From assembly GCA_964188305.1 (NCBI GenBank), contig OZ076886.1: 64,000 nt of DNA; one strand, written 5' to 3'. This document shows, piece after piece, positions 12,763 through 32,700 of the stretch (positions are counted from its first letter, which is position 1; every line of letters starts with the position of its first letter). A model generated the notes under the pieces. It was not told the DNA's origin, did not search any database, and saw nothing but the letters and a program-made list of their open reading frames with translations. Both the position numbers and the translations under genes were made by a program. This DNA comes from Podarcis bocagei (taxonomy: Eukaryota).

Positions 12763-14124
12763 CAGGCAGCTGGATCGAGGCGGGTCAGGGCTGCTGATTC
12801 TTTTAGATCTGTCAGCAGCCTTTGACATGGTCGATCACGAACTCCTGGACCACCGCCTTGCCGACGTGGGGATCCAGGGCACAGTCCTTCAATGGCTGCG
12901 CTCGTTTCTCTCTGGTCGGGGACAGAGGGTGGCGCTTGGGGGGGAATTGTCATCACGCCACTCCTTGGTGTGTGGAGTGCCTCAGGGTGCAATTCTCTCC
13001 CCGATGCTTTTTAACATCTTTATGCGCCCCCTCGCCCAGCTTGTCCGGAGTTTTGGGCTGGGTTGCCATCAGTATGCTGATGACACCCAACTCTATCTGT
13101 TGATGGATGGCCATCCTGACTCGGCCCCAGACACACTGACCAGATGTCTGGAAGCTGTGGCTGGATGGTTACGTGGGAGCCGGTTGAAGTTAAATCCTTC
13201 GAAGACAGAGGTCCTCTGGCTGGGGCGGGACGATATGGGATCGAGGGGGCAACTCCCATCTCTTGCGGGGGTGCAATTAGTGCCAGCACCGGCCGTTAAG
13301 AGTTTGGGTGTAATCTTCGATACCTCCCTCTCTATGGAGTCGCAGATTACAGCTATAACAAAGGCGGCATTTTTTCATCTCCGCCAAGCTAAGCAGTTGG
13401 CCCCTTATCTCTCTCGTCCTGACCTAGCCACTGTGATCCATGCGACGGTCACCTCCAGACTGGATTATTGTAACTCACTCTACGTGGGGCTGCCCTTGAG
13501 ACTGACCCAGAAACTCCAGCGGGTGCAGAATGCCGCGGCGAGACTCCTTATGGGGTCTTCGCTGCGAGAGCACATTCATCCGGTATTATACCAGCTGCAC
13601 TGGCTCCCGGTGGAGTACAGGATCAGGTTTAAGGTGCTGGTTTTAACCTTTAAAGCCCTATACGGCCTAGGACCCTCGTACCTACGGGACCGCCTCTCCT
13701 GGTATGCCCCACAGAGAAACCTACGGTCTGCAAATAATAACATCCTCAAGGTCCCAGGCCTCAGAGAGGTTAGGCTGGCCTCAACTAGAGCCAGGGCCTT
13801 CTCGGCTGCAGCTCCAAACTGGTGGAATGCTCTGTCAAAAGAGACTAGGGCCCTGCGGGACCTGACATCTTTCCGCAGGGCCTGCAAGACAGAGTTGTTC
13901 CACCAGGCCTTTGGTCAGGGCGCAGCCTGACTCCCTCCTCTGGCAACCTGCACATAATTCTGCTTAATTGGTTGCCATCAATTTGATTTAATTAATTTTT
14001 ATAATGAAATATTTTTAGATTGTGTGATTATTTGACTGATTATTTGATTGTTGTTAGCCGCCCTGAGCCCGGCTTCGGCTGGGGAGGGCGGGATATAAAT
14101 AAAATTTATTATTATTATTATTAT
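12763..14124 (+). mobile_element. 5'-truncated L2-clade (CR1/L2 group) LINE with a stop-free RT C-terminal region
   Basis: LLDLSAAFDMVDH, GVPQGAILSP, YADDTQLY, SRLDYCNS and LHWLPV motifs; stop at 13930; AT-rich 3' UTR, terminal stem-loop and (ATT)n tail; flanking TAGTAG at 12757-12762 and 14125-14130. Confidence 0.93.
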
Positions 14125-14539
14125 TAGTAGATCATTCCAGCCTTTCCAATTCTGTCTCTTCATTCTGTGGATATTATAGTTTTTAGAACGCCTGAGGCAA
14201 ATCTTTTGGATGAGATCACTGTCTGAGGAACTGGAACAAATTCTTGTTTCAGAGGGCTACAGTACAGATAATGGATGGGGAGACTGTGGCCCTCCGGAAT
14301 ATCCTCATGGTGCGGAAACGGGAAAGGGCAACCGCAGGCAAGTAAAGCTGTGCAGGCCTGGCTGGTGCTCCTGTCAGTACCACTGCCAGACAGTGAGCCT
14401 GTTTGGGGATGGGGAGGGTGGGCCAGCCCGGTCTGCCAGGAGGGCCCACTTAAGGACCCCTTTGACCCAGGCAGGGTCCTGCAACCCGGGTCGGCCCCTG
14501 CTCGAACAACTCCTTTCAATAAAACCAGTTCACACGTTC

Positions 14540-15420
14540 AGGTCAGAAGGGGGGTATATCCGCGCACGTGTGAACCAGCCCCGTGTGTCCTCTTCTGACA
14601 GTAGCAGGCTCGCTATCAGCGCTCCAGCAGGCGGAGGGTTAACGCTCCCCCCCCCCCGCGGCTGAATTACTATTAACCAGCTGCCACATGGGCGGGGGCG
14701 GGGCGGGGGCCATAATAGCTGCCGGCGGCGCAGCCGAAGACACAATTGATCCGCGCAGCGCCAGCCTCTCCCCGCGAGAGTGACATCATCCCTTCCAAAC
14801 CCCAACTGGCGCTGCCATTGGCTGTCCAGGTAATTGAGAGGGGCATTTCTGCTCTCCCTCCCGCCCCGCCCCTTTCCCCATGCCTACTTTGTGCGTCTCT
14901 GGCGCTGCCGCCGCCGCCGCCTCCTCCACTCCGCCTTCCTCCGCGCCCTCCGGCCACACACGCCCAGGGCAGGCGCCGCCGCCGCCGGCAGCAGCACCAG
15001 CAGCAGCGACGCCCAGGCCGGCCGGCAGCATCCCCTGCACGGAGACAAAAGCCCCCCAGGGCTCCTTCGCTTGCTGGAGCGGCCGAGGGACGGTTGGCTC
15101 GGCTTCCCGGCGCGCCGCGAGCGAGCGTGCGAGGTAACAGCCGTCGAGGGGGCGCCGGGAGTTCCGGCGGCGGGCGGCCCCTGGCCGGAGCTTTGGGAAC
15201 TGCGCGCGGAGCGGAGAGGGTCTGGACGGCTCTCCTCTCCCCCCACGGCTGGGCAGGGCGGGTTGCTTCTCTTCTCTTCCCCCCGGTTTCCCACGTGCTG
15301 GGGGTCAGCTTATGGGGGGGGGCGCTTGGGGCTCCGGTGCACATGGCGCCGGCAGGTGCAAAGCGGACCGAGCGAACAGCCCTGATCTGGAGGGGCGGGG
15401 CGGGGTGTTGGCTTTTTTGT
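14540..15420 (+). promoter_or_regulatory. CpG island promoter and probable non-coding exon 1 of PRR36
   Basis: Dense CpG; CACGTG E-box near 14566; tandem GGGCGG boxes near 14690-14710; splice donor GAG|GTAACA at 15133/15134 that can pair with the acceptor at 21454/21455. The TSS cannot be determined. Confidence 0.75.
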
Positions 15421-16434
15421 TAGGCTGGGCAGTTTTTGAATGGATCCTCCCGGCCAAAGGGAAGACTGGGAGCTGGATCCCAGGCTCTTCTCCGGGCTTC
15501 GTGAAGCCTTCGGGGCAGAATCTGCTGTGTTAGCCTGTTAGCCCCGTCCGCTCTCCCTCTCCGACCAACTCGTCACCCTCGGAGAGGGGAGCTGCACACT
15601 GCATTTGCTGTACCCGTTGGTGGCTATTCTTCTTGTTGCACTTTCTCTGGGTGCAGTAAGCAGGGCATTTTTTCCTTTTTAAAAAAGGCGTGATGCGAAA
15701 GGGGTTTTTTTCCCAGCAAGCTGATTGAAGCGAGCTAACGCTACAAGTGCATTAAAAGCGTCGGTACCGAAAAGCGAGGTTTATATTATATATAAACAAA
15801 CAAAAAAACAAAGCCTCCATAATGTCAGGGGCCACCGGGGGAAGTGGCTCCCATCCCTAAAAAGTCTCGCATGAAACCAGGAGGGACCAATTCCTAAGAT
15901 CTGCAGGCCCTTTCCTTTGTTAAGGGAGGGATTTGCAGTGGTGATGAGCTACCATCTCGTATGAACACACAGCCCCACCCTGTGCTTCTTTGTGAGAGTG
16001 AATAGGCTTTCCCTGGTATTGCTGGATGAATCCATTTAAAAGATAAAATGAAATTGAGGCTGCCTTTTTGCAGGAAAGGCAAACTGAACCAAATCTCTCT
16101 CAGCTGGTTACTGGAAGAACAAATGTCAACTATCTCACCTTTCATAGGGTCCCATGTAGTGGACAGTGGACAAAGGGGTTCCTTTCTCCCTCTCCATCAC
16201 AGTATACATGTAAAGGAGCCTGTCTCTAAAATGGAGAGAAAGTTTGTATTAAGGCTTTGTACTCAACAGAAAAAAGCCTCCCCCTCCCCGATTAGCTCCT
16301 CTCTAGGAAAGAGGCTACCCCTCCAAGAAAAATCCCACAGGAAATAAAGTAAAAAAATGGGGGTGGGGGAATCCAGGTGAGCTAGCGGCTTTTAGATGGA
16401 TGGCTGAGATATGCAGAAATGGGCTAGTCTAGAG

Positions 16435-16683
16435 CATGGGTAGGCAAACTAAGGTCCAGGGGCTGGATCCGGCCCAATCGCCTTCTAAATCCAGGCTGCG
16501 GGTGGTCTGGGAATCAGTGTGTTTTTACGTGAGTAGAATGTGTGCTTTTATTTAAAATGCATCTCTGGGTTATTTGTGGGCCATAGGAATTCGTTCATTT
16601 TTTCCACAATATATAGTCCGGTCCCCCACAAGGTCTAAGCCGGACAGTGGACTAGCCCCTTGATGAAAGCTTGCTGACCCCTG
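16435..16683. mobile_element. hAT (Charlie-like) non-autonomous element
   Basis: Ends CATGGGTAGGCAAACT / GCTTGCTGACCCCTG; 8-bp TSD GTCTAGAG/CTCTAGAG (7/8) with the central TA typical of Charlie elements. Confidence 0.8.
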
Positions 16684-17884
16684 CTCTAGAGGAAAGGCAA
16701 AGCCTTTTTGGGATTGAGATGAATGAATGAAACCCTTTAGGGCAAGGTGTATGGACCATTTGCTAGTAAAAGGATGTTGCTACAGAAGTGTGCAAAGGAA
16801 GGGCAGTGCATGAACACTGAAGGATAAGGAAAATCACTGGTGAGGTAAAGTACTTCAGTTATAAGATGGAAATAAGTTTGGGGAGTATGCATCAAATCAG
16901 GTGAGTTTTTAAATGGGAGAGATGTCTGCTAATCTAATCACCTACCTAACCTAACAGGAAGCAGAAGTCATGGATGATTGTGTTGGGGGGAAGATAATGG
17001 ATTGGGGTAGCTAAGCAGGTGTAACTGTGTCTTTACACACTGATGCTTCTAGATCGATCTCCCTGGTACGTACTTTGTGTAATTAAAGCGGATCGGCAAG
17101 GTTGTAGCTGGGGAACGTAATGGCCATCTCCAAAACCAGAAGAGAAATTATAGGCTTGCTAGCAGAGCTCTTCCTCCTGGGACAATAATTGGAACAAACA
17201 AAAAAACAAAAGTGAATGGGTGACTGTTGGCATGATCTAACTCTCTTGCTTTGGGGGCAGGGGTGGAGGGGCTGCAGCTCCCTTGCACTTCTTATGGCTT
17301 CAAGGAAAGAGCAGAGGAGGGAGCGTTGAGTGTCTAATGTAGCTGGAAAGTTTGGGAGAATGTGCAGCAGCATTCAAGGGCTAGAAAAGAAGCAGGTTTT
17401 CCCATGGGCCTGCCTTGGGCTCAGATGTGGACTGAAACATATGCTTTGCAGCTTTGGGTGATGCAGAATTATAAACATGCCAGGATGTTGTGGTGGGTTA
17501 TAAACAACCGAACAAGATATTTGAGACAACTGAAAGGTACTCATGGTGGGCAGTGGAAGGGTGGGGGGAAAGTGTAAATACAATTTTGGGCAGGGGGTGT
17601 GTAGGAGAGATTTCAGAGAGTTCAACTGTAGCATGAACAACACTTAGCTCTGCTGGGTTTTAAAATGTCAAGTTGTATTCATTAACAAAACAATATGGAA
17701 AATAAAAATTGGAGGCTGGTTATGACTTAAAAGTTAAATGGCTACCTTCTGTGATACTCCAAGGAACGGCATATGCATATATAAGGGATTTTGGAGGGTA
17801 CACACTTTCAGCAAGCAGAAAGTGAAACGGAAACTTGACCATGCAGGAGACAAGAAGGTCAGGAGAAACCAAAGTACAGCATTA

Positions 17885-19205
17885 CCGTATTTTTCGCCCC
17901 ATAAGACGCACTTTTTCCCCTCCAAAAATGAAGGGGAAATCGGGGTGCGTCTTATGGGGCGAATGCCTGCAAGCCTCGCGCGCCCGGCAGGAGGTCCGAC
18001 CGGGTGCGCGAGGCTTGGGGCGGCAGCCTGTCGCCCGAAGCACGGGGAGCCCTCTGGAGGGCTCCCCCTGCTTCGGGCGAGTGTCTGCAAGCCTCGCGCA
18101 CCCGGCAGGAGGTCCCACCGGGTGCGCGAGGCTTGGGGCGGCAACGGACTGCTTGCGCGCACCGAGAAGCTTGGGGCCAGCTGAGCTCAGCCCGCCCCAA
18201 GCTTCTCGGTGCGCGCAAGCAGTCCGCTGCTGCCCCAAGCCTCGCGCACCCGGCGGGACCTCCTGCCGGGTGCGGGAGGCTTGGGGCGGCAGCGGACTGC
18301 TTGCCGGCATGCAGAAGCTTGGGGCGTGCTGAGCTCAGCACGCCCCAAGCTTCTAGGTGCGCGCAAGCAGTCCGCTGCCGCCCCAAGCCTTGCGCACCCA
18401 GCGGGACCTCCTGCCGGGTGCGGGAGGCTTGGGGCGGCAGCGGACTGCTTGCCGGCATGCAGAAGCTTGGGGCGTGCTGAGCTCAGCCCGCCCCAAGCTT
18501 CTCGGTGCGCGCAAGCAGTCCGCTGCTGCCCCAAGCCTCGCGCACCCGGCGGGACCTCCTGCCGGGTGCGGGAGGCTTGGGGCGGCAGCGGACTGCTTGC
18601 CGGCATGCAGAAGCTTGGGGCGTGCTGAGCTCAGCCCGCCCCAAGCTTCTCGGTGCGCGCAAGCAGTCCGCTGCCGCCCCAAGCCTCGCGCACCCGGCGG
18701 GACCTCCTGCCGGGTGCGGGAGGCTTGGGGCGGCAGCGGACTGCTTGCCGGCATGCAGAAGCTTGGGGCGTGCTGAGCTCAGCACGCCCCAAGCTTCTAG
18801 GTGCGCGCAAGCAGTCCGCTGCCGCCCCAAGCCTTGCGCACCCGGCGGGACCTCCTGCCGGGTGCGGGAGGCTTGGGGCGGCAGCGGACTGCTTGCCGGC
18901 ATGCAGAAGCTTGGGGCGTGCTGAGCTCAGCACGCCCCAAGCTTCTAGGTGCGCGCAAGCAGTCCGCTGCCGCCCCAAGCCTTGCGCACCCAGCGGGACC
19001 TCCTGCCGGGTGCGGGAGGCTTGGGGCGGCAGCGGACTGCTTGCCGGCACGCAGAAGCTTGGGGCGCGCTGACCTCAGCTTGCCCCAAGCTTCTGGATTA
19101 GCGCAGCGCACCTGGGGGGGAAATAAATTTTTTTTCCTTTATTTCCCCCCCTAAAATCTAGGTGCGTCTTATGGGCCGGTGCGTCTTATGGGGCGAAAAA
19201 TACGG
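17885..19205. mobile_element. Non-autonomous Tc1/mariner-superfamily (Tc2/pogo-like) DNA transposon carrying an internal palindromic tandem array
   Basis: Perfect 27-bp TIRs CCGTATTTTTCGCCCCATAAGACGCAC (17885-17911; reverse complement at 19179-19205), TA at 17883-84 and 19206-07, extra subterminal copies of the TIR core, and no transposase ORF. Confidence 0.92.
18085..19095. repeat. 148-bp-period GC-rich palindromic minisatellite
   Basis: CTGAGCTCAG recurs at 18181, 18329, 18477, 18625, 18773 and 18921, with a degenerate copy at 19069. Each unit is an imperfect inverted repeat. Confidence 0.97.
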
Positions 19206-21538
19206 TAAAACAAAAGGACCTCTTAAGATAATAACAGGGTGGGAGGGCAAAAGTTTCCTATCAGAACTGTTTGGCAATAGCTGATATTGACTGGGAAGGT
19301 TATTTACACGGAGAGGTGTTGTGTCAAGTGTGACTTAAGGGGTTGGTCCCATAAAGTTCATTCTTGTTGCATTGAACAAATGTGCTTTTTTGCAAATATG
19401 GTGCTGTTTGTGCATCTTTCTCTCCCACATCAAACAATGGGTTAAAAGTTAACCATTCTTTTCAGCATAGGAGTGGCTAAATGTCCTGGATGTTCAGTTA
19501 GGGCTTTAAAACAACCAGCTGAATAAGCAAATATGGGTGAAGACTCTACTCATAGCCCCCTCATTGCCTTGTGCTCTAAGAGCAGAATGGAAATGACCCT
19601 GGGAACTGCCTTCAGGATCTAATAGCTGTCAGCAGTCACTGAAGCTTTCTGCATATGGCTTCTCTAGAGTGGGCAGAAGGTAATGTGATCTGGTGGAACA
19701 TTGGGTGCCCTAGGATATAGGTGGAAGAGCCTCTCTAAGTCAGTGGGTGACTTGAGACCTATCTACCTAAGTCAGCTCTGTCAGTTCATGGGCAGCGGGC
19801 AAAGTATTCTATGACACTTATTGCCTGGGAAGACTGTGCAGAGGCTGCCAAGGGCCAGTTAGTCTTTCACTTCCTGCACAGTAAAATAGATCATTGGTAG
19901 TGTCAACGTTGGACCACGTGGCTTGGCAGCCCTCCCCTTGTCTTCTGCCCTCTCCCCTGGAGAGGAGTGCTATCATGTATTGTGGCCTCTGCAGCCACAG
20001 TTCATCACACTTCTGCTCAGGTACAAAATTACCACTGGCAACAAGGCTTGGTTGGTCCCAAACCTGCTGTGCAAACTGCATCAGGTGCACCCAAGGTTCT
20101 CATAAGGGGAGCTCTCCCGACCTGGTACCCTCCAGTTGCTTTCGGCTTCAGCCAGTGTTCTATGCTGGCAGGGGCTGATTTGATGGCAGGGGCTGCTCTC
20201 GTCAAATCAACCCAAGATTCAGTGCATGGCAGTTGCATAAGGCCTTCAGCTCTTTTGTATGCTACATGCCAATCCTGGATAATCAATGTGGATAAACCTT
20301 GCATTTTAAATAGGCTCCAAGCAAGTGTGTGTAAGTACGAGGCATTTTCTGGAACAAATTTGCATCTTCTGTTTTGCTGTTCACCTTGTCTCAGAGGCAC
20401 TTCAACTTTCCCTGTAAAGTTTTGAGTCTCTCCTCAGTTTAGAGGCAGGAATTGAACTGTCTTCAACAAATCCCTTAAAAAAAAACCAACCCACCCTCCA
20501 AAGCTAAGACATGTTTAAAATAACTTCCTCTCTTTGGTCATACTGAAAAGGGCTTTGATAGGAGATCTAATTATCTAATAGTATGGCTCTGAGCTGCCTT
20601 GGTTTTGCGGCATAGGATTTATTGTTGAATATAAATTTCAGCTACAGTAGTGGTTGTAAATTTTGTAGCGATCTTTTAAATGCCTTGACGGTCCATTGGA
20701 TGCCATCTGGGAAGAGTCCTCCTTTCAAGTTATACTCTGTCTTGGCCTGTCCCTGCCAGCTGCTCTTCCACTGATAAGTCACATGGGAAGGCATAGGGAG
20801 CAGAGCATGGTGAGGAATATCAGGTTCTCCTTCTGCTGGTGGATTTGGTTTTCTTTCTCACCACATCCCCCAAGCTTGAGTGCTCTGTGGTTTTGATGGA
20901 ACACATTTCTTTTCTTTTCTTTTTTTGCTGGGAGTGACGGAACCCTTGTTGCAAAGTAGACAGCTAAAATAGTTGCCAGCCATGGGCAAATGCTGCTCTC
21001 TGGGCGGCAATGTTCCTGATTTGTCACTTTGCACAGTGGCAGAAATAGGGCTAATCTAATGAACAACACAACATTGGCCTTGTGACTCTAAGGTGGATCC
21101 TAGCAACGCAACTGTTGCTTGACTGATCTGACTTACCAGTAAGACTCCAACATAAGGCAGCTGCCACTATGACTTTGGCATCCCTAGAAAATTAGTTTTG
21201 TACTGCGTGGATGTTCATGCTTTTCTTTGCAGTCCCCCAATGTAGAATCCACCTCTCTGAAAGCTTTTGGCAACAAGCTGCAGATAGCTTCATGTGACTA
21301 GATGGCCGCATATGAATGCTTTTGTGTATATAGTCAGTGCTGGCTTTTTGCATCCGAAGCAGCTGTGAGAGTCATCTGCAATACTACACACAATCCCCGC
21401 AGAGCTTCATTGGGGTGGGGTTCCACACAAAGTGTTGGTGGTCCTCTTTTTCAGGTCGCAGGTGAAAACGGAGCCCTGCACCTGGCCTAGCGGTTCAGAG
21501 AGGTACGGACAGCCTGCCCAGTGTCAGTCGGTGCGAAG

Positions 21539-30742
<9,204 letters not shown>

Positions 30743-32694
30743 ATTTGTTTCCTTGGAAATGGAAAGTTTCCCTTGGGCATTTTGACTTGTTTCCCCCCAA
30801 CACCCTTCCCCTTAGGTACGATCCAGCCGTTCCTGTAGGGACTTCAGAATCTAGTGTTAGCCAACTGCGGGGGTGTTCCTCCTCCCATTCTCCTGATCTC
30901 TTGGGCAGCTAATGAGAAACACTATCTGAGATGATGGCTCTGTTGGCTTTTACCGTAGCTTAGCCACTGTTTTTGCCACTTGCCAGAAAGTGCAAATTCA
31001 CTTTTGAGCTGCTTTTAGCTCACTGGACCCCCTCTACATTTTGTTTGGGTTTTCAGTGATATGGGGCAGCTTCTACACTTGAGATAGTCTTGCGCAACTT
31101 CGCCTGGTAAGTGCTGGGGGGGGGAACCACACCCCTCTGCTTTTGGTTGACATAGCAATACTTTCTCTACTTGGCTGGGGGCTGCCCCCAGCCATAGATA
31201 AGCAACTGTCTGATACAGCTACTGATGTGGCCTTGGAGTTCCACGTGGATTTATTGGCAATTAATGGCTACAAAAGCTGGCAGACCTTTCCTAGGTTGGC
31301 AGAAAGTGTTCACGTGCCTCATTTCTCATAGCTGACTGCAGATACAGGGAACCCTTCTAAAGCAAACTGCTTGCTCTTGGGAGAAAGGCATTTCTACCTC
31401 TTTCCCCTGAAAGAGCAACACATGAAATTGCCCCTCCAATGACATAAAGGGGGGGGGGAGCATCTACAAGTGAGGAGGAACTGCTCTGTCTTTAGCCATT
31501 TCTGTACTTCTCAGGAGCGGGTCATGCCCCAAGTTTCAAAGTATTTGGTGGGAGGGCTTGTGCTGGTATGTGGTTTGCCATCTAAGTGCCCATCAACTTG
31601 GTTTTTTTTACATAGACATCTGTACCCTGTCCAGGGGAAAGGATAATGAGAATCTCTTTGGGAATTATTCTGCTTGGGAATTGTTTGGTACAGAGTGTCT
31701 TCTTCCTGGGAGCTTGAACCCAAAGTTCAGCAGTATAGAGAAGTGGACAAGATTGCAATGCCGATGACTGTGCTATCCTGTCTCAGTATTGGCACAACAG
31801 TAGCAACCTGCAGGTTTCCTATGGTGCTTTGCAGGGATAGCTGTGCCATGCCCAGGGACTTCCTTTCTTTGATGATGGACAAATGCAACTGACACTTTTT
31901 ACTGTGGGACTCTGCAGTAACAGACTTTAATGGCGATGAAACACTGCATCTTTTTTTCTAGTAAAGGTCTCCTAGCATTTGCTGGTATTAAGTGGGACAA
32001 AATTACTGCCAGTACCCCACATGCCAGTTTTGGGATAGAATGTCCCATCACAGGGATTTTAAAAATAAAAAAAAATTCTCCTTCACCTCCGCATACTTGG
32101 GCACGTAGCACAGGACCACTTGCTAGAGAAACTCCTGAGCAGTGCAAAGGTAGAAATGCCTTTGAGGCATTACTTTCCTCCATTTCTGCCTGCTACAATG
32201 GAGATGGCAGAATTTAGGATTCTTGAGTCAATTACCTTGAGAGATTAGTGCTGCTAGGAAAATGTTACATGGGATGGAGAAGATTGTTTTCTAGGTAGGG
32301 ACAAGGTGTCCATGTTGGTTAGCCCTGCCTTGCTTGTGGGGCTGAAAGTGCCCAGGCATTACAAATTGCTATGGTGGAAGTAGCCCAACTGTGAAACCTA
32401 TCATCCGCATGGCAATATGGTCCTTCTCTTCCATGCATTCAGAAGTGGTTTTCCTCTTGGTAACTCTTGTCCATGCAGCTACATGTGCCTTGAATGCAGG
32501 GTTTGGGGAGTATCTCTTAAAACTCGATGGAACTGTAGCTTTGTGTAGTGATATCATTGGAAATGGAGCCTTATTAACTGTAACAAGGTGTGTGGTTTCC
32601 CGCCCCCCTCCTGAAGTTTGCATGTGTGTGACTGCTTTTGTAATGTAGCACATTGTTGGTGATAAATTATGATAGATTTTTCTTAGTTTCTTAA

Positions 32695-32700
32695 AATAAA
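32695..32700 (+). terminator. Probable PRR36 polyadenylation signal
   Basis: AATAAA about 1.95 kb after the stop codon, followed by GT-rich sequence. A second AATAAA is at 32064-32069. Confidence 0.6.

Noticed and set aside
14673-15423. Overlapping 130-225 aa ORFs in the PRR36 CpG island (likewise 44760-46040 around SAMD1 exon 1)
   Set aside because: Stop codons are scarce in GC-rich DNA, the products are low-complexity Arg/Pro/Ala/Gly, and most starts are non-ATG.
18085-19095. CRISPR-like appearance of the regularly spaced palindromes
   Set aside because: There are no unique spacers, the entire unit repeats, no cas genes are present, and the context is eukaryotic.
17734-19154. Stack of near-identical 104-168 aa ORFs on both strands
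   Set aside because: These arise from the GC-rich palindromic 148-bp repeat, whose period is not a multiple of 3. There are no domains or splice signals.
21494-21515. Possible REST/RE1 site in the PRR36 5' UTR (TTCAG...ACGGACAGC)
   Set aside because: The left half-site and spacing match the consensus poorly.
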